Assembly (NCBI RefSeq): GCF_036321535.1
Contig: NC_087472.1
Location: 98,272,001-98,336,000 of the forward strand
Reading direction: 5' to 3'
From: Camelus dromedarius
Lineage: Eukaryota
DNA: 64,000 bases
Made by a program: the position numbers and the translations under genes. Positions 13,050-56,519 of the stretch are shown one piece after another. Under the pieces are notes generated by a model. It saw nothing but the letters and a program-made list of their open reading frames with translations. It did no database searches and was not told where the DNA came from. Every line of letters starts with the position of its first letter. The first letter of the stretch is position 1.

Positions 13050-15073
13050 ATCTAGAATACACAAAAACTTCTTACGGATCAATAAGAAAAATTTAGGACA
13101 CTCAATGGAAAACTGAATAAAGGATATCAATAAGCAACTGGCAGAATGAAAATCCAAATGGCTAAACAAATATATGGAGTACGACTTTATTAATAATATG
13201 AGAAATGAAAATTTAAAGGTAATGCCATTTTGCACCTTAGGGATTTGGCAGAATATGGAAGTCAGGTAACTTAGGTGGAGGTTAAGGGTGTGGCGAAACA
13301 TGAAACCCTCATGCCTTGGCAATGAAGGAGTATCAGTTACAGAGAGCCACTCTGGAGAGCAATCTGGCAGTGCTAAGTGAAATTAGTGTCTTTCCAGACT
13401 CCAAATAAAGGAGAGCTCTTTGATAAAGGGCAGCAGGCAACCTTTTAACAACACACATACATTATCTTTATTTTGTAATTAGAGATAATATACATTATCT
13501 TTATTTCACTATGGATCCAAAAACACCAACATAGACTGTCACTAGTCCACAGACCAGCTGTTATAAACTACTTTCTACCAATATGTTTTAGACATGAAAA
13601 TCTTAATATTCTTAGCATGTAATTATTTTACAGTTTAGAGTTTCATATCTTTAAGAGAACTGACTTTATGATGCCTGATTAATGGAATGTAAAATTCACA
13701 TGAACTTAAGATAAAGTGAAATTCAATTTTATAAGATGGAGAGCCAATTACAGGGTTCTACCCTTAGATACTTCTGGGTTTCCCTTCTCTACAGCATCAG
13801 GAGCACTTCAGTAGAAGTCTGAGAAGCATTCAGATAATAAGAAGGGACAATTATTGAATATCCATCAATCTTTAGCTAAATAAAACTAAGATGTAAGGGT
13901 GTTTTTTTCCTTCTTTAATAGAAAATCAAATTACACAATATAATCTGCTTGGTAATTAGAATTGCAACTTCCTTTAGCCATTTTTTCCCTACCTCTACCC
14001 TGAATACAATCTATTGTAGCATTAGGTTCTGAAATAGAGGCCTTCCCCTCATTGAATTCATTGAATTCATTTGCCATGGTCTGATAAAATATACAATGGA
14101 TTATTCAATGGATTATTGTGGCCTAAACAGCAAAAGTAGCTTGCAAATGCACTGATTAAAAAGGCAATAAAGTATATCCACATGCTTTACCTTAAAAATA
14201 AATGTGTTATTCAACTCTATTCCAATGCAGAAAACCACTCCAAAGTTAAAATAGCTCTGAAATAACTGTTTTTTTCTTTTATCACATATTCGACACTAAA
14301 GCATAAATATACTATTGTTTGACAAGTTATTAAAAGAAAATTAGTTTGTACTGAATTGCACACTTTAAACAGGTGAACTTTCTGTTATTTAATTGTATCT
14401 TAATAAAGCTGTTAGATAATCAGTCATCTAGTCTTGTGGCTCTTAACTGTAGTATAATAGGATAAGAGGTAAAGAGGAGGTGTGAAATAGGATTAGCCAA
14501 TCAGGAACTGGGCTAAATTCTCAGCATATTTTGTCTGGCTCTCAGTAACCTAAAAAGAGAGGAAGAGGGGGAAGGCGAGGGAGGGAGAGGGAAAGGGAGG
14601 CAGGTAGAGGTGGGGGGAGGTAGGAAGGGAGTGTGTGTGTGTTTTAAGGAGGCTGGCTCTGTGGGACAAAAGAAGAAGCGCTATGGCAAAGGGTGAAGAA
14701 CCAAATGTCATAGCTGAAACACTTTCTTTCACAAATTCCTAAAAACATAGACTAACCCAGAGAAGACTTCTGTCAGACACTAATGAAATGAGACATGGTG
14801 GTTCTCTTTCTTCATCTATGAACAGGCTATTTCCAAAACGTAGTGAGAGCACAGGAATTTCTTTTAAAAAAGACTTCTTTCCATTGCCTGCCAACAACTT
14901 TCACATACAGATTGCTTAAGTGAAAACTGAAGGCTGCTTTTAGAATCAAGAATTTAAAAACATCTAAGATTGTACTGTATATAAACGGAACAACTTTGAC
15001 AGAAAAGAATACAAGTTAAAAAAAAAAAAGACAATACATAGATGCTAAAACAGAAAATGCTGGTACACATTCT

Positions 15074-15079
15074 TTTATT
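15074..15079 (-). terminator. Candidate distal MBTPS2 polyadenylation signal (3'UTR about 2.7 kb)
   Basis: AATAAA on the minus strand followed by a GU/U-rich stretch (TTTTCTGTTTTAGCATCTATGTATTGTCTTTTT). A second, proximal AATAAA lies at 17217-17222. Confidence 0.55.
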
Positions 15080-17739
15080 GCTAAACATCAAATGCCAGCA
15101 ACTGTTATCTTCAAGTTAGAGCCTAAGAATGAATTACAGCTCAGTTGAAGGATCTATAGAAAAAATACCTATGCACCATTATGATGTGGACATTCAATAA
15201 ATACTACTGGACAAACTGATGACTGAGAGCCACATATCCATGAACCACATGTTTACAATTTACTTTTAGACAGATAATGACCTTAAGAACGAATATCAAA
15301 AGGTCAAGTTTAACTGCATGTCTTTTCAAACTGAGATGCTGAAAATATATACATTCTTTACAGATTATAGATGACTTTAAAAAACACTCAAAAATGTAAA
15401 CAACGCAGAATAGGAACACTGAAAATAAAAGTTTCACTGCTGAACAATGTGACAACACAGAACACTTTCTTCAGATCCTCAAAATAATTCATTCTTCTGA
15501 TTGCTCTACAGAAACCAAAATGGATTATTTTCGTAAAGATGATAACATACCAGGGACACAAAGACCTTCTAAGTTATTTTTTTATGTTAACATATATTTA
15601 TAGTAAATATTCAGTAATACTTTTTACAGCTTTCTTAAATAGAAACATGCTTTTCTAATCCATAACTAACACTAATCACCATCCATTCAAGCACATTTAT
15701 TAAGTACTTATGATGTCTCACGCACTGTGCCAGGGATGCAGAGATGAGTATGACACGGTCCTTGCCCTAGAAGTGCTCACAATCCAGCTGAAGAGACAAC
15801 ACGTAACATTTCCTTTCTTATATAATGAGGCCATTTCTCTAAAAATGGGACTGATCTGCTCAGTATCCTAATACAATGTTCCCAAATCCTCACCCAATGG
15901 AGCAAAAGACCAAAGTGTTTAAAAGCTACAAGAAAACGAGGTGTTTGGGGTTTTTTTCCACCCAGAAAAAGAAGTTAACAAGTAGGCTTTGATATGTTAA
16001 AATTTTTTCTGTTTCAAAAAAACTGACCTGCACATATACATTTTCATTACTAAATCACTCAGTAATCGAATTAATATGTATTTCACGGCATTCCCTAAGC
16101 TCTACCACCTGAACAAGGTCTGAGGATTACTCTGCTGATATACTTTAATTCTGAAAGACTGACCGCCTAAGAATAGAACAAATGCCTTTTTCCTAGGAAA
16201 ACTGATACTCTGTATGGTTTTAACTAGTGATAATAACTGATGACCTTGAGTCATACAAAAAAAATGTTAAAATTATATTCAACATACAATTTCTGTTTAA
16301 GAAGACAGGCAGATTTACAACGCAATCTAAAGTTTCCTTAAAAATTACAAAGTTTTAGTGCCTAAACAGCAACTCAATGATCTCAAAGAAGTGAACCCCC
16401 ATGGAATACCTCACTTAGTTAAGAAGTTAGATACATGACTGTTAATGTTCTTGAGTGTATGAGAGAAGCACATATTTTTCATCAAAGAAACACCATGCTC
16501 ATACACTTCTAAGACCAATAGCTTCACGCTGGCCTATTGAATTCCCAGATCTCCCAGGGCTGCATCTCTGGTCCCAAAAGACCTCAAAATAGGTGGGGCT
16601 CCTTCGGGTTCAAGAGTCAGTTCCCAGGCTCTGGCAGATCCACATGTGTACTCACATGCAGTCATTCTCACTGTACTACCAAGTCTTTTGTGGACCCACA
16701 GAGGTAGCTTAGGGGAAAGATGGAAAACAAGGACTACGTATTTAATTACTCAACACAGAGAAACATGGGAGCCACTGGTGAGGACAGAGTATGGTTCAGG
16801 GCTTCAGGTACTTGCTTCTTGAAGACAGGAACCCAGGAGCTAAGCCCCAGATAGCTTCAGCAGCACAAGACAAAAGGTCTACCCCGGTAGGTTTCCAAGC
16901 TTTAAAGCTCTGTAGAGAATGGTAACCAGGACTGCAGAAGGGCCTGTGATCTGTCTTGTGATATGCCACAAGATTCACCTGGCTCAGTTCTGAGGTTCAA
17001 CCCTAACTGCCTCAGCTCACATGCTGCAGGTGAGAGATACTTCCTGTAGCTCACTCTGAATGAGGGAGGGTATGGGAATATATCATCAAAAAGGCAACTT
17101 TTGTGGGGCAAACCATGTCTCATGATTTTATAAGCCCTACTTTCTATTTGTTCATTTCTTTGTTTATCATTTGACAAAGATCTTCCCTTTTGTGTCAGCA
17201 GATTCTTTTATAGAATTTTATTAATTTACTTGTAATCAGAACTCAGTTGTCAGAGTACAAAACAATACACTATTAAATTTTAAAATACTTTTCAAACAAG
17301 ACAAAGGACAAGAAATATAGGCCAAGAAAATGCTCACCTTTCCACTTGGCCAAAGTCTGGTCTCCTTCAAATCTGGATTGACGATGCTTTTTCAAGGTTT
17401 TCCCAATTAATCCCACCCAATCTGTTTTCCTTTACATTATATCCATGTGATATGGAGTCACACAAAAATGGTTTAATATAAATTTGTACTTGCTAAGAAA
17501 TTGTTCCACAAGCATCTGAAGTTTGTAGGTTCAGTCTTCAAAACTAGAATGTAATCAGGGACTATGCCTTTCATTTCTTCTGTTTATCCCCCATCCCAGA
17601 GTTCAGAAACTCTGGATATAGGAAGAGCAAAGTTTTTGGCTAAAATGTAATTTTAAGGAAATACTTTATATGTCATAACAAGTAAGGTTTTCAATATTGT
17701 ATACTGTAACTCAGAGATTCTATCAGATGAATGCAAATA

Positions 17740-48124
<30,385 letters not shown>

Positions 48125-48955
48125 GGCAGAGGCGGAGGCAGCGTGGGGAAGGCGAGCCCGGGTGTCCTCCCTGCGAGCCACAACCAGCCGACCGCGCGGC
48201 GCCTATAGCCCCAACATCTGCGCAGGAACCAAGCGGCCACCGGCTCCTTTCTCGTAGTGGCGTCGTTCCCTTCCGGATCCTTCCGGTGGAACACACGGAC
48301 CGCTTGTGTGGACCGGAAGAGGGCGCGGGGGCTTATTTTCTCGGGACACTCGGGCGCCGCTGTCTAGGTATCAGCTCGACTGCGGCTGCCAGGCCTCTAG
48401 CGATTTCTTAGGCTTTGGCCCTCCCTGCTGTCCGGTCTGTTCTCTCCGGTTCTGGTCTGGGGGTTGCTGTTCCTTTTTAATCTAATGAGGGTTTGGGGTC
48501 ATCTGAAGTAATAATCATCTCCGCCACCCAGACGCTGTCATAGATATCCAGATTTAAGTTAATTACATTTATTCGTTCTTTTTATTGATGTGTAATTTAC
48601 ATTTAGCGAAAACATAACACACAGCTCAGCTGTCCGTTTCGATGAGTTTTGATAACTATATATCTGTGTACCCTAATCAAAATAGAGAACATTTCCATCT
48701 CAGAAATTTCCTTCGCGTCCCTTCCCAGTTAATTCCCCCTCCCCCGTTTTAATTTTTAAAAGCTTTATGTAAATAGGGTCATATAAAATACTCTTGTGTC
48801 CGGCTTATTTCGTTCAATATATTTTTGAGCTTTAAATTAGGTTCTTAAACTCCAACATAAACTTTGAGATGGGTGCTATGGTTAAAAAAATGGAGTTCTG
48901 AACATCTGTACATGTTTTTATGTTGACGTGTGCTTGATTATACATTGACTTGGAG

Positions 48956-49132
48956 TAGTGGTTCTCAACATTGGCTGTTAACATTAGGATCACCAGGGAG
49001 CTTTAAAAATTCCTAATGCCCATTCTGTAGCCTAGACCAGTTGAATCAGAATCTGAGAATGGGACCCCAGGCATCAGTATTTTTTAATCTCCTTAGGTCA
49101 TTCCATTGTGCAGCCAAGATTGAGAACCATTG
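48956..49132. mobile_element. MER5A-like hAT element; other copies at about 46690-46830, 47467-47610 and 54348-54542
   Basis: AGTGGTTCTCAA and TTGAGAACCA termini with the GAATCAGAATCT core. Confidence 0.7.
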
Positions 49133-49598
49133 AACTTGCTATCTCTAACGGGAAGGGAAACTAATATTTATGGAGTTAAAAAAAAATTCTCTTCATGTCC
49201 AAGCCTTTAAAAGTTATTTGTTTTAACTTTTCTGGAAAAGCATCACTAGCAATAATAAAATTAATACTAAATATCCAGAACATAATACTATCTTAAGAAC
49301 AAGTATCTCAAATAAAAATGCACCCTCAACCTCCTCCAAAGTAAAGGTGTAGTATAACACCAGAAACCTGTATTACAGATACTGCTACTAATTTATCTCA
49401 TACTCCCATACTTTTCCTAAAGTTTTAAAAATTTAGCACCATATCTCTCTAGCTTAAAGAAACTTTATGCCTCAGTCTTATATCCTCTGGCATATGTGTA
49501 TATGTGTTGTTATGAAATGTTTCAATTTATTTTGGGCATAGCTGGGTGTAAATTATAAAAATTTATATTCAAGCACCCTGTGACTCCAGTTTTTCATG

Positions 49599-49943
49599 TA
49601 CAGGTGTCCCAAAAGTCTTAGTGCAGTTTTAGGTTGATAATTTCAGGAGCATAAATGCTACAAACTTGCAAAATAAATCACTTGAATGTTTATTCAAATT
49701 TCTTTTACATTTATTTATTTGGTGAATTTTGAATAATTTTAAATTTCAAATTTTTTAGTCTCCCTAACTGAGGATGGCAAACATTGACTGAAACAAAAGT
49801 TGAAATATATTTATTGTTCAAAAATTCCCAAGACCAAATAAGCAGGAAATAAATTTAAATAATTTTATTTTTCAAGTGACGTTTTGTGTAGAGTTTGTAC
49901 TTCTGAAGTTATTAAAGCTTAAAACTACATTAAGACTATTGTA
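49599..49943. mobile_element. Tc1/mariner-like MITE with long imperfect inverted repeats
   Basis: Starts TA-CAGGTGTCCC; the 49612-49669 segment pairs with 49884-49940. Confidence 0.6.
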
Positions 49944-51307
49944 TTTGAACTGATCTTTGTTTGCTTTTGTATAATGACTCCAGTTTTTAACGCTGTTTTT
50001 TCCTAGGATGAGAATATTAACTTAAGAATTAAAATGTCTTCTCTTTTGTTAGCCTGAAGGCTTGTCTGGACCAATTGCTGGGACAAATACCAGTTACTAT
50101 GTGGCTGTCTGATTACCCAAAATATGTAGGCCATGAGTTGACTGTGTTTTTCTGTTTCCAACCTAAAATTTTAGTTATTCAACTGACTTGGTGTTCTCAT
50201 CAAGGACCCAGCAGTCAAAACAAAACACTGAATAGAATCCTGCTAGTTTCTGGAATCTATCAGTAGTGGAAGCCAGCTGGTGGCAGCAGAAGAGACAAGA
50301 TAGAGGATGCAAGGTGGCAGCAAAAAATACTTGAATTCCAGAAGATCAGGGTATTCTTCCTTAGAATAAATGTGACCTAGTTTACAGATAGTTTCAGGTT
50401 TCTGCCAAGTAACTATTTTAAATAAAGGACACATAGTCAAGCTTTTATTCATATTATTTTTATTTAGTATATATTTTTCAAGGGGCACCAAGATAAATTT
50501 TGGCTGAATGCAAAATAGCTACATGTTAAAACTCAATATTTGGCTTAAGCAGAATATCACCATTATAAAATAAACTTCTGAGATACCAGAATCAACATGA
50601 AATATAAAAATTAGATATTATGAATTTAAAAATATCATAATTTTATTATTAAAATTTAGTATTCAGATTTTTAAAGTTTAACTTTCCATTCAGGAGTATT
50701 TATTTCTCATCAATGTAAGCTGATAGTTTGTTTCTGGGGTCATCATACTCTACGCTTATGACACTAAATTATACCAGCTACGTTATACTTGGGAGACAAG
50801 CCCTAAAATCCCACTGGTTTAAAATGACAAAGATTTATTTTTTGTTTGTGCTGCATATCCAACATGCGTTGGTAGACTGATGGAGATTCCACCATTTTAT
50901 CATGCCCACATCTTAAAGTGAGGCTCAGGGTTCACTGCCGCAGAGAAAGAGTACTGGAGTGGAGTGATTCCCATTGGCAGCAAAATGCTATGGCCCAGAC
51001 ATGCACATGTTACTTCCACCCATGTTTCATGAGCCAAAAGTGGTCAAGTAGCTGTGCCTAACTTAAAGGGCAGAAAGAGTATAATCCTTTGTATACCTAG
51101 AAGTAGAGAAGAATATACCTGGAAATAAACAGTAGTGTCATCTACCACTTCAACAGATGCTCTCTTTCATCTATGGAGGGCGGAGTAGCAGATAATGTTT
51201 GGATAGTGCTGCCATGTTGGGATACTGCTAACACTGATGTTGCCACAAAATTATTAAGCTTTCCTTTCTCTTTAGTGAGAACTGACTAAAATAAAGTTTC
51301 ATCTCTA

Positions 51308-51837
51308 TTTTTTTTTTCATTTTAACAGTTTTTAATGAAAGTTGTATACAAGATTACTTTATTCCTGGGTCTTCTCAATTGTTTCTTCCTTATATTTGCC
51401 TTTTTCCTTTTCTACTTGGGGAGATTTGGCTTTCCATTCGAGGGTCTTTTTGCAGTCTTTGTCCAGTTTTAGTCTAGTGATAACCAGCTTCCTGGGGTGA
51501 ATGCCCACATGGACAGTCATGCCATTAGCCCTTCCTGCTGCACTCGTCCAGTGTAGATGACACATTTCTTCCTGTAAACCTGGACCACTGTGCCAAGCTG
51601 CTGCCCTTTGTAGTGTCCTCTTACAACCTGAACTTCATCATCCTTTCAGATGGACAGAGATTGAACATTGTACTTCTCTCTCAGCTCTTTGGAAAGAGGA
51701 TAAGACATAATCTTCCTGCAAATCTGGGAAGGTACAATGAAATGCCTTTTACAGTTCTCGCTTTGGGCAGAAGTCACAGAGGGATTGAATTTCATTTTGG
51801 CCACTGGTGTTTCGGCGATGGCTGCAAAAGGGAAGAG
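51308..51837 (-). pseudogene. RPL26: RPL26 processed pseudogene
   Basis: MKFNP...KYNV and VHVGIHP...[11 protein letters not shown] homology. 5'TOP CTCTTCCCTTTT; ATG at 51795; premature TGA at 51646-51648; 1-nt deletion near 51530; TAA at 51359-51361; ATTAAA at 51331-51336; poly(A) at 51308-51317. Confidence 0.93.
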
Positions 51838-51953
51838 ATCCACATGCTGCTCTCATCTTTATTAAGTCCTAGTTTTGGTGTGGTTGTTGATGATGGTGCA
51901 GCTTGGTTGAAGCAGTTCCACAAATGGAAGCTTTCGGTACTAGCTGAAGAAAA

Positions 51954-52420
51954 TGTAACTGAGCAGGACCCTATGGGGCTTTCCTAGGACAGACCTCTCC
52001 CGTTATCGTCTGCTGTATGTAGCTCTTCTTATCTGATGCACATTTCCTGAGTTGTTTTACAGCTGTGAAAACTCCCACCAAATGGAAGATGTTAACTCCT
52101 TGATGACCATGAGCACAAAGCCCCCAGGCCTCCTGGAGCCTAAGGACTGATAATATTAACCCCTGTGACACCGCCCGTTACCTCACCATCAACCAATCAG
52201 AGGACTGTGCACCAGCTGATCACACACCCTGCGGACCACGCCCCCCCCCCCCCCCCCGGCTTTTAAAATGTTTTGCTGAAACTCTTTGGGGAGTTCGAGG
52301 TTCTAGAGCACAAGACACCCGTCCTTGTACTGGCGCCTTTACAATAAATACTGCACTTTCCTTCACCACAACCCGGTGTAGTAGATTGTCTTTACTGCAC
52401 GAGGCGAGCAGACCCAAGTT
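51954..52420 (+). mobile_element. ERV1-type LTR, apparently 3'-truncated
   Basis: TGTAACTGAGCAGGACCC start, CCAAT box, C-run, AATAAA at 52343-52348; ends GACCCAAGTT without a terminal CA. Confidence 0.75.
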
Positions 52421-53134
52421 TTTTTTTGAATCTTTTCTGAAAATGTTGTCCTCACTTATATTTTTTATTCCATATGTGTATTTTTGTCATATGAATAAAA
52501 TCTGTCCTTGAACCTTGGTTCTAAAATTGTGACAAAGGAGCAATATAACTGGCTTTCAAGAAACCAGTCATCTTAGTTTTTCCATCTGCACTTCAGTTTC
52601 ATTTCGGGTACACCAGTATCAGCACCCTCCTGGAGTAGAATGAAAAGAATCTTTTCAGCTGCTATCATGTAAGAAATACTTGTACTCTGAAAGCATCAGT
52701 TTGTTTACTTCTTTCTCAGGTTCCAGCAAGCAAAGATTTTTCTGCAAGCAGTTTAAGTAAGTTAAGATATATTGTTTTCATATAAAAGGCATATTATTTT
52801 GGCTTTGCTCAAGATGACTTTTTAAATAGTAGTGGCTGCTATTTCATCTTGTATAAACATCTTGTTAAATAAATGACAAGGGAATTCCAAAACCTTTGGA
52901 CATCATGTATTTTTGTCTTTGACTTTGAAAAGTCCGATGCAGTGGTACTTTGCACTATCTTTCTGCTTATAGACAGTTATAATTGCTTTCAGATTGCAGT
53001 ACTGAAGCCTGTCAGAACAAAACATTGTATGCTTATGATTCTTCAATCACTCTTAACTTTGTTCTAGATTAATGATTGACATGTTTTGAAACTGATTTTC
53101 CATCCTATTAATAGTTCTTCAATCAGAATGCATT

Positions 53135-53260
53135 TTTTTGGTAGGGGGAGGTAATTAGGTTTATTTGTTTATTTATATATTTAATGGAAGTACTGGGGAT
53201 TGAACCCAGGACCTCATGCATGCTAAGCAGTGCTCTACCACTGAGCTATACCCTCCCCCC
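53135..53260 (-). mobile_element. Vic-1-like SINE
   Basis: Same consensus; TSD CAG(A/G)ATGCATT. Confidence 0.8.
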
Positions 53261-53936
53261 AGGATGCATTATGTTGATAGCTCTGATAGCTTCTTCCTCA
53301 GAAGGAATCACGCTTCTGGTTTCTATCACCACAGATTAGTTTTTGTCTATTAAAGTCATAAAAATGGAGTTGTACAATATGTACTCCTTTGTGTCTGCCT
53401 TCTTTCACTCAACATTACATCTGTAAAATTGATCAATAATGTTGTAGGTAGCAAAGCATTTTTTTTTTACCACTGTGTAGTATTTCACAAATTATCTGTT
53501 TTGTGCTTGATGAACATTTTGGAGTTTACAGTGTTTGACTATTATGAATAACAGTGCTATGAACATTCTTGTATATATGCGCTGGTGGAGGTTATCTCTC
53601 ATTTCTGTTGGGTATATGTCCAGGTGTGGAATTACTGGGTCACAGATTGGACATATCTGTGTCTTTAGTATTTGCTGCCAAATAGCTTTTCAAAGCAGAT
53701 GTACTAATGTATATTCCCACCCGCAATGCAAGAGAGTTCTGGTTGCTCCATGTCCTTGTCTGAACTTGACATTTTTGAAGTTAAAATTTTTTCCTGGCTT
53801 TATTGATATATTACTGACATAAAGGTACTTGATATTTTCAGTCCTTTAATTTTAGTCACCTTTAATGTTATTTGAGGGGCACAAGCTGACATTAGAAAGC
53901 TTTTCAAATTATTTTTGTTGTTAAACTCTGCTTCAA

Positions 53937-54066
53937 TTTTTTTGGGGGGGAGGTGGTAATTAGATTTATTTATTTATTTATTTTAATGGAGGTACTGGGG
54001 ATTGAACCCAGGACTTTGCATATGCTAGGCAGGCACTCTACCACTGAGCTATACCTCCCCCCCCCC
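53937..54066 (-). mobile_element. Vic-1-like SINE
   Basis: Same consensus; flanked by CTTCA direct repeats. Confidence 0.8.
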
Positions 54067-55186
54067 ACTTCAGTATTAAAGAGTCTATGCATAGACTGGG
54101 TACATGAAGCACTGGAAATTATCAGGGTCACAGGAGGCCTGAGGTTTTGGATTTGTGCAGATCCAGTTCAGGTGTTGAGGGAAGCACATATCTGAGAAGA
54201 ACTGGAGAAGATTACTGTGTCCTTGAAGGTGAAATTTCATTCCATAAAGATGGAATAATGACTCTTAAAAGATGGATGGTTCAGTAGAGACTGTCTGAAG
54301 TCGGCAAAGCTGTCAGGAGACTGGATGAATGCATCTTTCTGTTAGGCCAGTTGTTAAAGTTGAGTGTGCATCAAAGTCCTCTGGAGGGCTTATTAAAACA
54401 CAGCTCGCCAGGCCAACCCCCAGACTTTCTGAGTCAGCAGGTCTGGGAGCTGGGGCGCAGAGAATCTGCATGTCTAACCAGTTCCCAGGTGATGCCCATA
54501 CTGCTCATCCCAAGACCAACACTGTGCCATGCGAGCCACTGAGGTCCCTTATTGCAATGTCCCAGTGAGTGGTGAAGGCAACAACAGGTAAATTGGATTT
54601 GGGATATATTTGGAGAGGGTGAGCCAATAAAACTTGGTGTTAAACATTTTGATCCTAGAGTGTTCCTTAAGTAGGTTTCTTACTTATGTTTTTGCTTTTT
54701 AGTTTATTAAATTTAAGGGCCATGAAATTTTATTTTAAGCATACAGGCTCTAGAGTTAGAGTAGATGATTTTCATCTACTTTTTTAGTTATCTTTCCAGT
54801 GACACAATTAAAAATTGCTGAATTATTATCCAGTCAGCTGAAACACTGCCAAAGGTCAAAATCTCTGACACTGGTTTTCAGCATATTGACAGGACAAAGC
54901 AAATGATGTACAAGTTTTAAAATGTTCTCAGAGCCCAGCAAAAATCTGACCAACGAGTTGTCATGCAGGAAGCATGACACAAACATCTATTTTTCTTACC
55001 CTTTCGGAAAATGGAATTCTCCACTATATAATAAAGTCTTCTGCATCCGATTAGTTATAAAAAGAACTAACCATCAAAAAGGAATCCTCTGTAGCAAAAG
55101 CATTTTATCTTTGTGGATGCCAATAAAGGTTTCATTTCTTTTGAAAAATAGGCAAAGAATATATTCCTACAACATATAAAGTCTCC

Positions 55187-56519
55187 ATGAAAAGATAGTC
55201 TCTTTGGCAAGTAATGTTGAGAAAGCTGGACAGCCGCATGTAAATCAATGAAGTTAGAACACTCCCTCAGACCATACACAAAAATAAACTCAAAGTGGCT
55301 TAAAGACTTAAACATAAGACAAGGCACCATAAATCTCCTAGAAGAGAACACAGGCAAAACATTCTCTGACATAAATCATAGCAGTGTTTTCCTAGGTCAG
55401 TCTCCCAAGGCAATAGAAATAAAAGGAAAAATTAAAACATGACACCTAATTAAACTTCTAAGCTTTTGCACAGCAAAAGAAACCATAAACAAAACAAAAA
55501 GACAACCAACCTATGGGCTGGGAGAAAATATTTGCAAATGATGCAACTGACAAGGGCTTAATTTCCAGAATATACAAATAGATCATATAACTTAATAACA
55601 AGAAAATAAACAACCCAATCCAAAAATGTGCAGAAGTCTTAAATAGACATTTCTTCAATGAAGACATACAGATGGCCAATAGGCACATGAGAAGATGCTA
55701 AATATCGCTAATTATCAGAGAAATGCAAATCAAAACCACTATGAGGTATCACCTCACACCAGTTAGAATGGGCATCATTCAAAAGTCCACAAACGATAAA
55801 TGCTGGAGAGGCTGTGGAGAAAAGGGAACCCTCCTACACTATTGGTGGGAATGTAATTTGGTGCAGCCACTATAGAAAACAGCACAGAGATTCCTTAAAA
55901 AACAAAAAACAGAGTTACCATATGATCCAGCAATCCCACTACCTGGGCATATATCTGGAGAAAACTCTAATTCGAAAAGATCCATGCACCACAATGTTCA
56001 TAGAGGCACTATTTATGGTAGCCAAAACACGGAACACCTAATGTCCATTAGACAGATGAATGGATAAAGAAGATGTAGTATATATATACAACAGAATACT
56101 ACTCAGCCATAAAAAAGAATGAAATAATGCCATTTGCAGCAACATGTTTGGACCCAGAGATTATCATACTAAGTGAAGTAAGTCAGATGGAGGAAGACAA
56201 ATATCATATGACATCACTTATATGTGGAATCTAAAAAAATGACACAAATGAACTTATTTACAAAACAGAAACAGACTCACAGACATAGAAAACAAACTTA
56301 CAGTTCCCAAAGGGGAAAATTCGGAGTTTGGGATTAACAGATACACACTACTATATATGATACAGATCAACAACAAGGACCTACTGTATAACACAGGGAA
56401 CCATATTCAATATCTTGTAATAACCTATAATGAAAAAGAATGTGAAAAAGAATATATATAAAAAACACTGAATCACTCTGCTGTAGACCAGAAACTAATG
56501 CAACATAGATCAATCAATG
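55187..56519 (+). mobile_element. 5'-truncated L1 with TSD
   Basis: ORF2 peptide [28 protein letters not shown] at 55178-55186 and 56520-56528. Confidence 0.9.

Noticed and set aside
55067..56041. ORFs within L1 fragments (also 6123-6495, 38065-39113 and 40438-40799)
   Set aside because: These are broken L1 ORF2 pieces or their antisense frames, not host genes.
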